Shown here: in pieces, positions 34,746-44,399 of the stretch
Layout: each line of letters starts with the position of its first letter
Position numbering within the stretch: position 1 is the first letter of the stretch
Source of the DNA: an uncultured delta proteobacterium
GTDB taxonomy: Bacteria > Myxococcota_A > Polyangia > Polyangiales > Polyangiaceae
NCBI GenBank assembly: GCA_963841435.1
Contig: CAWJCS010000005.1
Span: forward strand, 320,001-384,000
Direction of reading: 5' to 3'
DNA length: 64,000 nt
The notes under the pieces: generated by a model
Seen by the model: the letters and a program-made list of their open reading frames with translations, nothing else
The model's database searches: none
Told to the model about the DNA's origin: nothing
Translations under genes and position numbers: made by a program

Positions 34746-35155
34746 CGCATCGGCGGGAGGCTCGCGCGTTCGCGCACGGAGGACAGCTTGCACCGCGCAG
34801 GCGGAGGGCGGGCAGAACGCGCCAGCAACTCGCGCACTCTGGTGGCCACGCGACAAGATGAATCGCGCCGGCGCAAAAAGCCGGAGCAATCGCGCTCGCC
34901 GCCGTCGACCTGGGCACTGGGTCGCCGCGCTGAGCAGTTGCTGGTGATCCTGCGAGCGGGGCAACGCTGAACTCGCTGGAGGCGTCGTCGGGTTGTGCGA
35001 GCACAGGTCCGCTGATGAGAGCGAGTCTGAGCGATCGCTTTGCGCGAGTGTGAAGTTGATGGTTGACGAGCAATCCACGCCGGGCGTAAGAGTCTGGCCC
35101 TAGTTTGCCAGTGAAGCGGGGCGAGGGCGCTCGCGAACGAAGTGAGGAGGTTGCC

Positions 35156-37272
35156 ATGCGGAGGTGGATGACGGGATTCGTTGGTGCTAAAAATGCTATT
35201 GTGATCGCTCTCTTGTTCCCAGCCGCGTGCGCGGGCCGGGGCGACGAGGTGGGGGGGGGTGAGACAACCTCCTACACGCAAGAGGCCCTGGTGGTTCCGT
35301 TCACCCTTCCGAGGAGTCGGTGACGGAGAAGGGCGAGATCGACACCAACACTCCGGGCCCCGCTGAAATTGCTGCCGCTGTGCTCACGCCGAGCCTCGCC
35401 TCCTGTGCGACGCCGGACCCCTACGTCTTCGTGAGCTACTCTTCGAGCTCGGTGCTTCGTGCGTCCCTTTCCTCCATGGGATACTCGGGAGGCCCCCTGG
35501 CGCTTCTCCCCGAGGGCTCCCTGCCGATCACCGCGAGCTGTATCGGCAGTCTTCTTCCCGGTTACCCGCCGTCGCCGTACGGCCCCCTCTACGGCTATCC
35601 GATCCAACCGGGTGGCATCCCGTACTTGCAGCACAGCTCGGGCACCGACAACGTCATGGCGCGGTTGCCGACGGGGAACTTGCTGGAAGTGGGGGGAATC
35701 GAGCGCGCCTGCCGGGACCCGATCTCCGAAACCCTGTCCGGATGCCCCACCACCGCCCCCGCTGAGGGCTCCGCCTGCAGCACCGGCACGAACCCGCCGC
35801 GCTGCTCGTACAAGCCCATCACCCCGCCGGGTGATGGCACGGATCGAGTCTGCGGTTGTTACTTCAACCCGGCAGCGGACATCCCCGCGGTCCGTAGCGG
35901 CATGGGGCCGGACGTGACCATCACGGGCACGGCCGTGTCTGCGGCGCTCGGGCTCATCACCGTCACGAACAGCGGCGCCCTCGGCACGGCGCTGATGAGC
36001 TGGTCGTACGGCGCCCAGTCCGGGACGTCCGTGCCGATCGCGACCACCGTCACGCTCGGCACGACGGGCCAGACCGCCAATTTCCCGGCGGGAAACTACG
36101 TTGCCGGGACGACGTACAGCTGGACGCACGACACCTGGCACTGCTTGCCGAGGCGGCTCGAGGCAGGCGGCCTCGGGGTCCGACTCTCCAACGACTGCGG
36201 CGGCAGCTGGGATGCCCGGACCATCTTCCCGTACGAGCTTGGGGTCACGGGCGGGCGCGCGGTCAACCGCTTCGAGATGTCCGTGGACCCGTACGAGGAC
36301 CGCTTTTTCATCACCAGCTACGCGGGGGCGGGCGCGGCCGCCAATCGGAACGTCATCATCAAGGGCTCGCCAAAAACGGCCACGAGTCTCGGAGCCATGA
36401 GCTTCACCTTGTACCGTGACGAGGAGCGCACCGGCCTGCCGGTGGCGCTCACCACCGTACTCGACGAGAAGGCGCGCCTGCCGGGCGGGACGTTCGGCAG
36501 GTGGGTGCACGTCGTAACGGCGAGGTGCCCGGATGACCCCACGAGCGGCGCATTGGTTGACATCGAAACGCCATTTGGTCGCCGCACGGTGAATCTCAGC
36601 ATGGGCCGCTCGGCGGATTTTCGTTGCGATAACGCCGTGTCACTCCCACTCTTCAACGGCTTCACGTATCAGCGGTCCCCCAATATCACCGCCGCCGGCA
36701 TCCCCTCCGTTCCACCACGTGTTCGCGTCGTCTACCACGGCGTTCGGCAATCGGACGGCGCGCAGGTCGTGCACAGCTTCCTCGTCACCCTGTCCAGCCG
36801 CAACGACTACGACGCCGCGGCCATCCAGGCCGAGCTCGTGCACGAATTCACCATCGAGGACACGGCGGGCAGCCGCCACGTGGCGCTGCCGGCGCTGCTG
36901 GGCGTCGATGGCCTCGCAGGCTCCGACGCTCTCACCGACACGCCGATGGTGCTTCGCTACGCGCTCGCCGATGCGACCACGGTCGATGCTCGAGCGACGG
37001 TCATCTACTCGGGCCTGCGCGCATCGACGGACCTCGACCTCGGGTCGTCCAACATGAACCAGATGTTCGGAGGCGGTTGCCCCGGCGTGCTCGATCCGGT
37101 CAACGGCTACTCCGACCCCTGCTTCTTCGGCGACTACCAGTATGGAGCGTTCTTCGACAAGAGCGCCTCGGGTGAGCTCAGGTTCTTTACGCCGTACGGT
37201 GGGCAATCGCTCGCCATGCCGCCAGCAGCTGGGATCTTTGCGATTGGGACGGTCGTCGATGTGGTGCCGTAG
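35156..37272 (+). CDS. Gene A: large Asp-box (BNR/sialidase-like) lipoprotein; frameshift near 35318
   Basis: GAGGAGG RBS, FPAAC lipobox, SNDCGGSW Asp-box, C-terminal FFGDY; 650-aa ORF 35320-37272. Confidence 0.7.
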
Positions 37273-37942
37273 CGCGTTGCTCACGGTTGCGCTCGCCGCC
37301 GCGACGGCGTCGGCCTGCGGGCGATCGATGTCGGGTGTGGAGCCAGCGGCCGGCGAGGGCGGGGAGCCCGCCGGTGCGACAATGGGCGGAGGGAGTCAGA
37401 GCGGCAGCGGCTCCGGCGCCGGCAATACCGCCGGCAGCTCCGAGAACAGTGGCCGGGGGGGTGCTGGCACTGCTGGAACTGGTGGCGGAGGCGGAGGAGG
37501 CTCTGCTGCCGGCGCCATGGGTGGCGGCGACGCGAGCGCAGGCTCGGCGATGAGCGGGGGCGCCGGAGCGGCGGGTGAGTCGAGTGCAGGCGAGAGCGGC
37601 GGCCTCGGTCCGCCGGGCTGCGTGCTCGGTAGCAGGTCATGTGGTTCAGGAAGCGTAGGCTTCGAGTGTCCGCCAGAGACCTACTACGATCTGCCCGAGA
37701 GCTGCTCCGGCTGCATCGACCCCACGACACAGGACCTTCAGTGTCCCACAAGGGGGTACGGCAACTGCACAGGATGTTGTTGCGAACCCACCCGCGGGGG
37801 CTGTGAAGCGCAAACCATCACTTGCGTTGGCTATCCGTCCACGCCAAACCGTTATCGATGCATCGGAGCGTACGACCCCCCTTCACCTGGCTGCGTCCTC
37901 GATACGACACTGAACGGTATCGACGCGCTCTGCTGTCCCTGA
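37259..37942 (+). CDS. Gene B1: Gly-linker lipoprotein with a 16-Cys C-terminal domain
   Basis: ATG overlaps the last codons of A; ASAC lipobox; ends CCP*. Confidence 0.8.
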   Translation: MWCRSALLTVALAAATASACGRSMSGVEPAAGEGGEPAGATMGGGSQSGSGSGAGNTAGSSENSGRGGAGTAGTGGGGGGGSAAGAMGGGDASAGSAMSGGAGAAGESSAGESGGLGPPGCVLGSRSCGSGSVGFECPPETYYDLPESCSGCIDPTTQDLQCPTRGYGNCTGCCCEPTRGGCEAQTITCVGYPSTPNRYRCIGAYDPPSPGCVLDTTLNGIDALCCP

Positions 37943-37948
37943 TGGGCA

Positions 37949-38297
37949 CGACGCTCTCACCGACACGCCGATGGTGCTTCGCTATGCGCTCGCCGATGCG
38001 ACCACGGTCGATGCTCGAGCGACGGTCATCTACTCGGGCCTGCGCGCATCGACGGACCTCGACCTCGGGTCGTCCAACATGAACCAGATGTTCGGAGGCG
38101 GTTGCCCCGGCGTGCTCGATCCGGTCAACGGCTACTCCGACCCCTGCTTCTTCGGCGACTACCAGTATGGAGCGTTCTTCGACAAGAGCGCCTCGGGTGA
38201 GCTCAGGTTCTTTACGCCGTACGGTGGGCAATCGCTCGCCATGCCGCCAGCAGCTGGGATCTTTGCGATTGGGACGGTCGTCGATGTCGCGCCGTAG
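37949..38297 (+). repeat. Orphan 3' copy of gene A (unit 2)
   Basis: Nearly identical to 36924-37272, only a few substitutions seen; open from ATG 37971. Confidence 0.9.
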
Positions 38298-38988
38298 CGT
38301 CGTCATCGCGCTCGTGCTCGCTGCTGCGACGGGCGCGGGTTGCGGGCGGTCGACGTCAGGCGCGCAGCCTGCGGCCGCAGAGGGAGGAGAGACCGCTGCT
38401 GGCGGCAGGGGCGGCAGTGGAGCACCAGGCTCGGGCGGGTCCGAGGCTGGTGCAGACGACGGCCGAGGGAATCAGAGCGGGAGCGACTCGGGCGCTGGCA
38501 GCTCGCAAATGGGCGGAAGCGGTGGTGACGGAGTCGCCGGCGCTGGCGAGAGCTCTGGAGACGCTGGAGGCGGGGCAACGGCGAGCGGCGGCACTGCAGG
38601 CTCGGAGACGGGTGGAAGCGCCGGCTCGACGGGGGGCTCCGGCGCCGGCGGGGACGCCTGTCTGGGCCCGCCGGGCTGTTGGCTGCGGGGCAAGTCTTGT
38701 GGCTCAGGGGCCGTGGGCTTCGAGTGTCCTGGCTGGGAGCCTCCCGACGGCTGCTTCAACTGTCTTGATTCGTCCACGGAAGACTTCCAGTGCCCTCATG
38801 GACCACCCTGCAACATCTGCTGCTGCGAGCCCTCGCGGGGGGGGTGTGAAGACGAGGTGCCGGGGGGATGCGTGGGCTATCCGTCCACTCCCAACGCCTA
38901 TTTCTGCATCACGCCGTACGACGTGCCAGAACCCGGCTGCATATTCATCAGGACGACCGATGGTATCGACAAGGTCTGCTGCCCCTGA
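38284..38988 (+). CDS. Gene B2: 16-Cys lipoprotein allele
   Basis: Same overlap, lipobox GAGC, same Cys framework, ends CCP*. Confidence 0.8.
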   Translation: MSRRSVVIALVLAAATGAGCGRSTSGAQPAAAEGGETAAGGRGGSGAPGSGGSEAGADDGRGNQSGSDSGAGSSQMGGSGGDGVAGAGESSGDAGGGATASGGTAGSETGGSAGSTGGSGAGGDACLGPPGCWLRGKSCGSGAVGFECPGWEPPDGCFNCLDSSTEDFQCPHGPPCNICCCEPSRGGCEDEVPGGCVGYPSTPNAYFCITPYDVPEPGCIFIRTTDGIDKVCCP

Positions 38989-39014
38989 CGCACGCCATTT
39001 GCGCAGCTGCTTCG

Positions 39015-39474
39015 CGCCGCGGCCATGCAGGCGCAGCTCGTGCACGAGTTCACGCTCGAGGATACCGCCGGCAGCCGGCACATGGCGCTTCCAGCGCTGA
39101 TGGGAGTCGACGGCCTCGCCGGCTCCGATGCCCTCACCGACACGCCGATGGTCCTCCGCTACGTGCGCGCCGACCCGACGACGGTCAACGCGCGGGCGAC
39201 GGTCGTCTACTCGGGCCTTCGCCGTTCGACGGATCTCGACCTCGGATCGTCCAACTTCAGCCAGATGTTTGTAGGCGCCTGCCCGGGGATGCTCACCCAG
39301 AGCAACGGCTGGACCAATCCGTGTGCCTTCGGCGACTATGAGTACGGCGCGTTCTTCGACAAGAGCGCCTCGGGCGAGCTCAGGTTCTTCACGCCGTACG
39401 GGGGGCAGTCGCTCGCCATGCCGCCCCCGTCCGGGATCTTCGCAATCGGGACCGTGGTCGATGTGGCGCCGTAG
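39015..39474 (+). repeat. Orphan 3' copy of gene A (unit 3, divergent allele)
   Basis: Homologous to about 36813-37272; open from ATG 39025. Confidence 0.88.
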
Positions 39475-40174
39475 CGCGGTCATCTCGCTCATGCTCGCCA
39501 CCGCGACGGGATCGGCCTGCGGGCGGTCAACGTCCGGAGTGGAGCCGGCGGCCGGCGAGGCAGGGGAGACGGCCAGTGGTGCGAGCGGCGGCAGAGGAGC
39601 AGCCTCCGGGGGATCCGCCGCGGGTGCGACGGGCGGTCGTGGAGGTCAAACCGGAGGCGGCTCCGGTGGCGGCGGCTCCGGGATAGGGGGGGGCTCGGGC
39701 GGTGATGGGCCCGGTGGGACTGGCGAAGTGTCCGGTTCTTCGGGAATCAGCGGGTCACCAAGTGGCGGCGGCGGTGGAGCCTCGGGCGCTGCTGCAAGTG
39801 GGGGCTCCGCGGCCGGCTCGAGTGCGGGTGAGGCTGGCGGCTTTGGTCCGCCGGGGTGCGTGCTGCGAAACAGGTCGTGTGGCTCGCAAGCGGTTGGCTT
39901 CGAATGTCCACCGGAGATCTACTACGACCCTCCCGATACTTGCACCAACTGCATCGACCCCACGATGGAGAACTTACAATGCTATCATGGGCAGCCCTGC
40001 ACACCGTGCTGTTGCGAGCCGTCCGGGGGAGGGTGTGAAGCCCAGACCGGGACCTGCGTTGGATACCCATCAACTCCGAACCTTTTGCTTTGCATCGAAC
40101 CATATGAGCCACCAGCGCAGGGGTGCATCACGCTCGGCTCCGACGATGGCGTCGAAACGGTCTGCTGCCCCTAA
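39461..40174 (+). CDS. Gene B3: 16-Cys lipoprotein allele
   Basis: Same overlap, lipobox GSAC, ends CCP*. Confidence 0.8.
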   Translation: MWRRSAVISLMLATATGSACGRSTSGVEPAAGEAGETASGASGGRGAASGGSAAGATGGRGGQTGGGSGGGGSGIGGGSGGDGPGGTGEVSGSSGISGSPSGGGGGASGAAASGGSAAGSSAGEAGGFGPPGCVLRNRSCGSQAVGFECPPEIYYDPPDTCTNCIDPTMENLQCYHGQPCTPCCCEPSGGGCEAQTGTCVGYPSTPNLLLCIEPYEPPAQGCITLGSDDGVETVCCP

Positions 40175-40185
40175 ACTGAGGAATG

Positions 40186-40805
40186 CCCTGATGTACGGCT
40201 TCACGTACGGGCGGTCCCCCAATATCACTGCCGTCGGCATCCCCTCCGTCCCGCCGCGCGTTCGCGTCGTCTACCACGGCATTCGTCCGGATGGCGCCCA
40301 GGTGGTTCACAGCTTCCTCGTCACCCTGTCGAGCCGCAACGGCTACGACGCCGCGGCCATGCAGGCGCAGCTCGTGCACGAGTTCACGCTCGAGGACACC
40401 GCCGGCAGCCGTGACATGGCGTTGCCAGCGTTGATGGGCGTGGACGGCCTCGCCGGCTCCGACGCTCTGACGGACACGCCGATGGTCCTCCGCTACGTGC
40501 GCGCCGACCCGACGACGGTCGACGCGCGGGCAACGGTCATCTACTCCGGCCTTCGCCGTTCGACGGATCTCGACCTCGGCTCGTCCAACCTGAGCCAGAT
40601 GTTCGGAGGTGCTTGCCCGGGGATGCTCACCCAAAGCAACGGCTGGACGAACCCCTGCGCCTTCGGCGACTACGAGTACGGCGCGTTCTTCGACAAGAGC
40701 GCCTCGGGTGAGCTCAGGTTCTTCACGCCGTACGGGGGGCAGTCGCTGACCATGGGCACGGCCGGTATCTATGCGATTGGGACGGTCGTCGATGTGGTGC
40801 CGTAG
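40186..40805 (+). repeat. Orphan 3' copy of gene A (unit 4, divergent allele)
   Basis: Homologous to about 36646-37272; GAGGA upstream of ATG 40191. Confidence 0.88.
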
Positions 40806-41500
40806 CGCTGTCATCACGCTCGCGCTCGCTGCTGCGACGGGGGCGGCTTGCGGCCGATCCACGTCAGGCGTGGAGCCTGCGGCCGCAGAGGGAGGGGAGA
40901 CCGGCTGCTGGCGGCAGGGGCGGCAGTGGAGCACCAGGCTCGGGCGGGTCCGATGCTGGCGCGAACGGCGGCCGAGGGAATCAGAGCGGGAGCGGCTCGG
41001 GCGCTGGCAGCTCGCAGATGGGCGGAAGCGGCGGTGGCGGAGTCGCTGGCGCCGGCGAGAGCTCTGGAGACGCTGGAGGCGGGGCAACGGCGAGCGGCGG
41101 AAATGCAGGCTCGCAGACGGGTGGAAGTGCCGGCGCGACGGGGGGCTCCGGCGCCGGCGGCGACGCCAGTCTTGGTCCGCCGGGCTGTTGGCTGCGGGGC
41201 AGGTCTTGTGGCTCAGGGGCCGTGGGCTTCGAGTGTCCTGGCTGGGAGCCTCCCGACGGCTGCTTCTACTGTCTTGATTCGTCCACGGAAGACTTCCAGT
41301 GCCCTCATGGACCACCCTGCAACATCTGCTGCTGCGAGCCATCGCGCAGTGGATGCGTGGCCGAGGGGGCTGGGGGGCCTTGCGTCGGATACCCGGCAGC
41401 GCAAAAATACTATTCCTGCATCGGGTCGTATGATCCACCTGCGTCCGGCTGCCTGGTCAGTTCGACCGTCGATGGCATCGACGCGGTCTGTTGCCCGTGA
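40792..41500 (+). CDS. Gene B4: 16-Cys lipoprotein allele; frameshift(s) near 40895-40965
   Basis: N-terminus in ORF 40771-41277, C-terminus in ORF 41018-41500; closely matches B2 up to CCCEPS. Confidence 0.75.
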
Positions 41501-41513
41501 CGAGCCGGGGCGA

Positions 41514-41660
41514 ACGGCCGGCAGCCGGCACATCGCGCTTCCAGCGTTGATGGGCGTGGACGGCCTCGCCGGCTCCGACGCTCTGACGGACACGCCCATG
41601 GTCCTCCGCTACGCGCGCGCCGACCCGACAACGGTCAACGCGCGGGCAACGGTCGTCTAC
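41514..41660 (+). repeat. Fifth gene A fragment, cut by an IS91-like remnant
   Basis: TAGSRHIALPALMGVDGLAGSDALTDTPMVLRY...ATVVY then IS sequence. Confidence 0.85.
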
Positions 41661-41984
41661 CGTCCTTTCGAGCCACTCGCGCTTGCGCAAAGAGGTCGTC
41701 CCGCTTCCGCCTCCCAGCGCATCGGTCCCGATTCGCCCTCCGCCGACTCCGCCACCGCGTCCGCGAGGTCAGCTCGAGCTGCCGCTCGTTCGGTGAGTCG
41801 CTATGCCCACCGAACGCCGCGGGCGTGTGCGCTGCGTTCGGCTACCAGCCGCAGAGGCCGGGTTCATCGACGATGCGTGCACTTTTCCCACGCGAACCTC
41901 ACCGCCCTGGGCCCCGCCTCCTCTAACGACCGCTTCGCCCGCCCAACGGCCCCGCCGTTTTCCCAGTTCGATTTTCCTTCGCGC
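41661..41984 (+). mobile_element. IS91-like 3' (oriIS-side) remnant with internal deletion
   Basis: 41661-41713 matches 46809-46861; 41733-41984 matches 47097-47372. Confidence 0.9.
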
Positions 41985-42000
41985 CGCCACAACTGGCCCG

Positions 42001-42657
42001 TCACCGCCCCAACGAGACGTAGTACCCCGCCCGCAAGACGACACCGGCCGACCACGAGGCGTAATCGCGCGCGTAGGCGGCCTCCGGTGGAGGGGTGGCG
42101 ACGGCTTGTGCCGACAGGCCCGGTACGAGCGCTAGGGTAAAGTCCGAGATGACCAGAGTCATCGGAGCCTCGACGCCAGCGAAGGGTGCGTACTGTTCCT
42201 GGGTTTCGAACCCCAGACCCGCGCGCGGGGTGTCGATCGCAACCAGCATTCCAGCGAAGATACCAATCGCAGGCTCGAAGATGCCGAACCTGAAGGTTCT
42301 AAGCCCGCCAATGCCGACGCGGAAGCGCCGGTGGCTCGTCACGTCCGTCTCGCCCGACCACCCATAGCCGCCGACGACCAAGAGCTCCCAGAGTGGCGCG
42401 AAGCGCCAAGCGGCACCCGCGTCGAGCCTCCAAAAGAAGAGATTCGAGCAGCTCCGCACGGTTTCGAATTCGCTACAGGAGGGCCGGAGCTCGACCTCGC
42501 CACCTGCGTCTGCCAGGATACCAATCGCAAGACGCTCGACGGCGCGCTGGCCCTGTCGTGGGTCGCTTTGAGCCCAGGCCCGCCCTGGCAGCCAGAGGAG
42601 CCCGGCGAGACCGGACAAGGCGGCCCGCGTCAGAAAGCACGCAAGGTCGCGAGGCAC
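42001..42657 (-). CDS. Hypothetical exported, small beta-barrel-like protein
   Basis: Signal peptide ...RAWA; amphipathic strands; C-terminal GVVLRAGYYV. Confidence 0.55.
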   Translation of the reverse strand: MPRDLACFLTRAALSGLAGLLWLPGRAWAQSDPRQGQRAVERLAIGILADAGGEVELRPSCSEFETVRSCSNLFFWRLDAGAAWRFAPLWELLVVGGYGWSGETDVTSHRRFRVGIGGLRTFRFGIFEPAIGIFAGMLVAIDTPRAGLGFETQEQYAPFAGVEAPMTLVISDFTLALVPGLSAQAVATPPPEAAYARDYASWSAGVVLRAGYYVSLGR

Positions 42658-42696
42658 GTGGGGCCTTCGGCTGCTAGGCGAGTAGTGCCACGCCCG

Positions 42697-43323
42697 TCAG
42701 GGGCCATACTCTTTATACTCCTCGCACTGCGGCGTGGTGAAGTGTTCGTCGAGTGCCATCGCGACGCCCTCCGAGGGTTGACCAGGCGTCTGCTCGCCTT
42801 CGTTCGAAACTTCTTGGGCGTTCACCCAGCACCTGACTTGGAACCTGGCACTGATACTGGCGGCCACGCTGTCGGCGTCTGTATCTACTGCAACGTCAAC
42901 TCGTTGTCCTTCGGCAAAGCTGTACATGAGTGTTCCAGAATCGGGTTGAGCTACGGGATAATCGCCGCGCTTCCGCTCCACGTTGGCGATGCCGACCTCC
43001 AGCGGGGCGCGCTTGATCGTTGCTGTCCCACCTCCGTTACCGAGAAAGTTTCGGTCTATCTGAACTTGCGCGGTCCACACCTCGTTGCCGTTGCCCGCCA
43101 AGAACACCATGACCGACTTGTCAACGTAGCCAGGAGTGCCATAGTTGTACACGTCAACGGCAACGTCATCGCCGAAGAACTTGGTACCATCTCGCGTCGA
43201 GATGACGGTCCCCCGGGCTTCTCCAGTCGTTTCCTCCGGAGTGGAGGTGGAGCGCTCCGATCGGCCGCAGGCGACGAGCCCCAGGGCCGCTATGACGACA
43301 CCGCAAATACCTGATTGGTGCAT
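42697..43323 (-). CDS. Hypothetical lipoprotein
   Basis: GAGGAG RBS, LVAC lipobox. Confidence 0.7.
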   Translation of the reverse strand: MHQSGICGVVIAALGLVACGRSERSTSTPEETTGEARGTVISTRDGTKFFGDDVAVDVYNYGTPGYVDKSVMVFLAGNGNEVWTAQVQIDRNFLGNGGGTATIKRAPLEVGIANVERKRGDYPVAQPDSGTLMYSFAEGQRVDVAVDTDADSVAASISARFQVRCWVNAQEVSNEGEQTPGQPSEGVAMALDEHFTTPQCEEYKEYGP

Positions 43324-43337
43324 TTGTGGGTTTCTCC

Positions 43338-44399
43338 TCAGATGCAGACTCTGCTGAGCGTGGTTGCATGATGAACAACGTTGTCGGTTTCGCGTGACTC
43401 AGCGTGGGCGCTGCCCGTGTCGACTGTGTGAAACGTCCAGAAGGTCGTATTGCATGCCATTGAGCCGACTGGCGCAGTCGTACTGTGTGCCGTAAACACT
43501 TGATTTCTATTGTTTACAATGGCCCCAGTCCAGTTGGTCCAGGTAATGCCGCCCGTCCCGCAGGTCGGGCAGGTGTTGATGTGTTCGCGCCAATTGAACG
43601 TCAAATTTTGCGTACCATGATTCACGAGCGCGTAGTTCATGTCGACCACCGTTGTGAGCGTCACGAAAATGGTCCCTGCAAACGACGTGGTGGTCACTGC
43701 GCCCCCGCTGAAGCGCTGACCAGATGCGAGGAGATTCTTGAAGGATGAGGGGCCGCCGTAGAGGGTTGCGGCGCCGTTTCGGTCGTCTCCCGAAGGGGTG
43801 GAGTGCGTGCCTGTTCCGCCGACGCGGGGTTTCAGACCCCCGGGGATCATCACGTCGTATCCGGTCTGATGCCCGAGGCCGAGGACATGCCCCCACTCGT
43901 GCACGAAGACGTCACGGCCGGAGAGAGGCCCACCCACGGCCACGTCCCAGCCGCTCTCATCCGGGTTGCCGAAGAGGAGGTCGCTCGCGACCATGGGGTC
44001 CGCCTCGTCCATGTCGTTGCATCCAATGAAGCAGGTGCCCCATTGAATGACGGTGAGTCCGTTGTTGCCTCCAATCGTGGAGCGCGCTACGACTCCTGCT
44101 TCCCATTGCCCGTCGCCGTGGGTGATCACCGTATCGCTTGTGGTGCCGCTGACGTTGACGGGTGATCGCGACATCACGCGCGTATTCCACTCGGTTGAAG
44201 CATTGAAAAGGTCGGACTCCCTAGCGCCTCCGGCCGCAATGCTAGAGAGATTTTGTCGAACGTGCTCTTGGCTCGACCCGATCTTGCCCGTGCAGCCATT
44301 GCACGTGTAAAGGAACGTGAACGCCTCAGCGCGAACCGCTACTGCCAGCGTCGCGAACCCAGCGGCCGCACCAGCGACCAGTTGCTTGAGCTCGATCAT
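43338..44399 (-). CDS. Secreted metzincin (matrixin/M10-like) metalloprotease
   Basis: HEWGHVLGLGH zinc motif, DVM Met-turn, signal peptide, C-terminal ESRETDN (CARDB-like). Confidence 0.82.
   Translation of the reverse strand: MIELKQLVAGAAAGFATLAVAVRAEAFTFLYTCNGCTGKIGSSQEHVRQNLSSIAAGGARESDLFNASTEWNTRVMSRSPVNVSGTTSDTVITHGDGQWEAGVVARSTIGGNNGLTVIQWGTCFIGCNDMDEADPMVASDLLFGNPDESGWDVAVGGPLSGRDVFVHEWGHVLGLGHQTGYDVMIPGGLKPRVGGTGTHSTPSGDDRNGAATLYGGPSSFKNLLASGQRFSGGAVTTTSFAGTIFVTLTTVVDMNYALVNHGTQNLTFNWREHINTCPTCGTGGITWTNWTGAIVNNRNQVFTAHSTTAPVGSMACNTTFWTFHTVDTGSAHAESRETDNVVHHATTLSRVCI

Noticed and set aside
35094-35109. Sigma54 promoter upstream of gene A
   Set aside because: GG to GC spacing is 9 nt instead of the required 10.
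35156-41500. Classical toxin-immunity pairs
   Set aside because: No recognisable nuclease or deaminase tip, the A tail is the conserved part, and A and B types are reassorted. Not fully excluded.
37942-41514. Integron cassettes with attC sites
   Set aside because: Inter-unit linkers are only 6-26 bp with no attC-like palindrome, and no integron integrase is seen.
36900-41660. CRISPR array or diversity-generating retroelement as the explanation of the repeats
   Set aside because: Repeats are 150-620 bp coding segments with no short repeat-spacer period; no cas or reverse transcriptase gene is visible, and differences are not confined to adenines.
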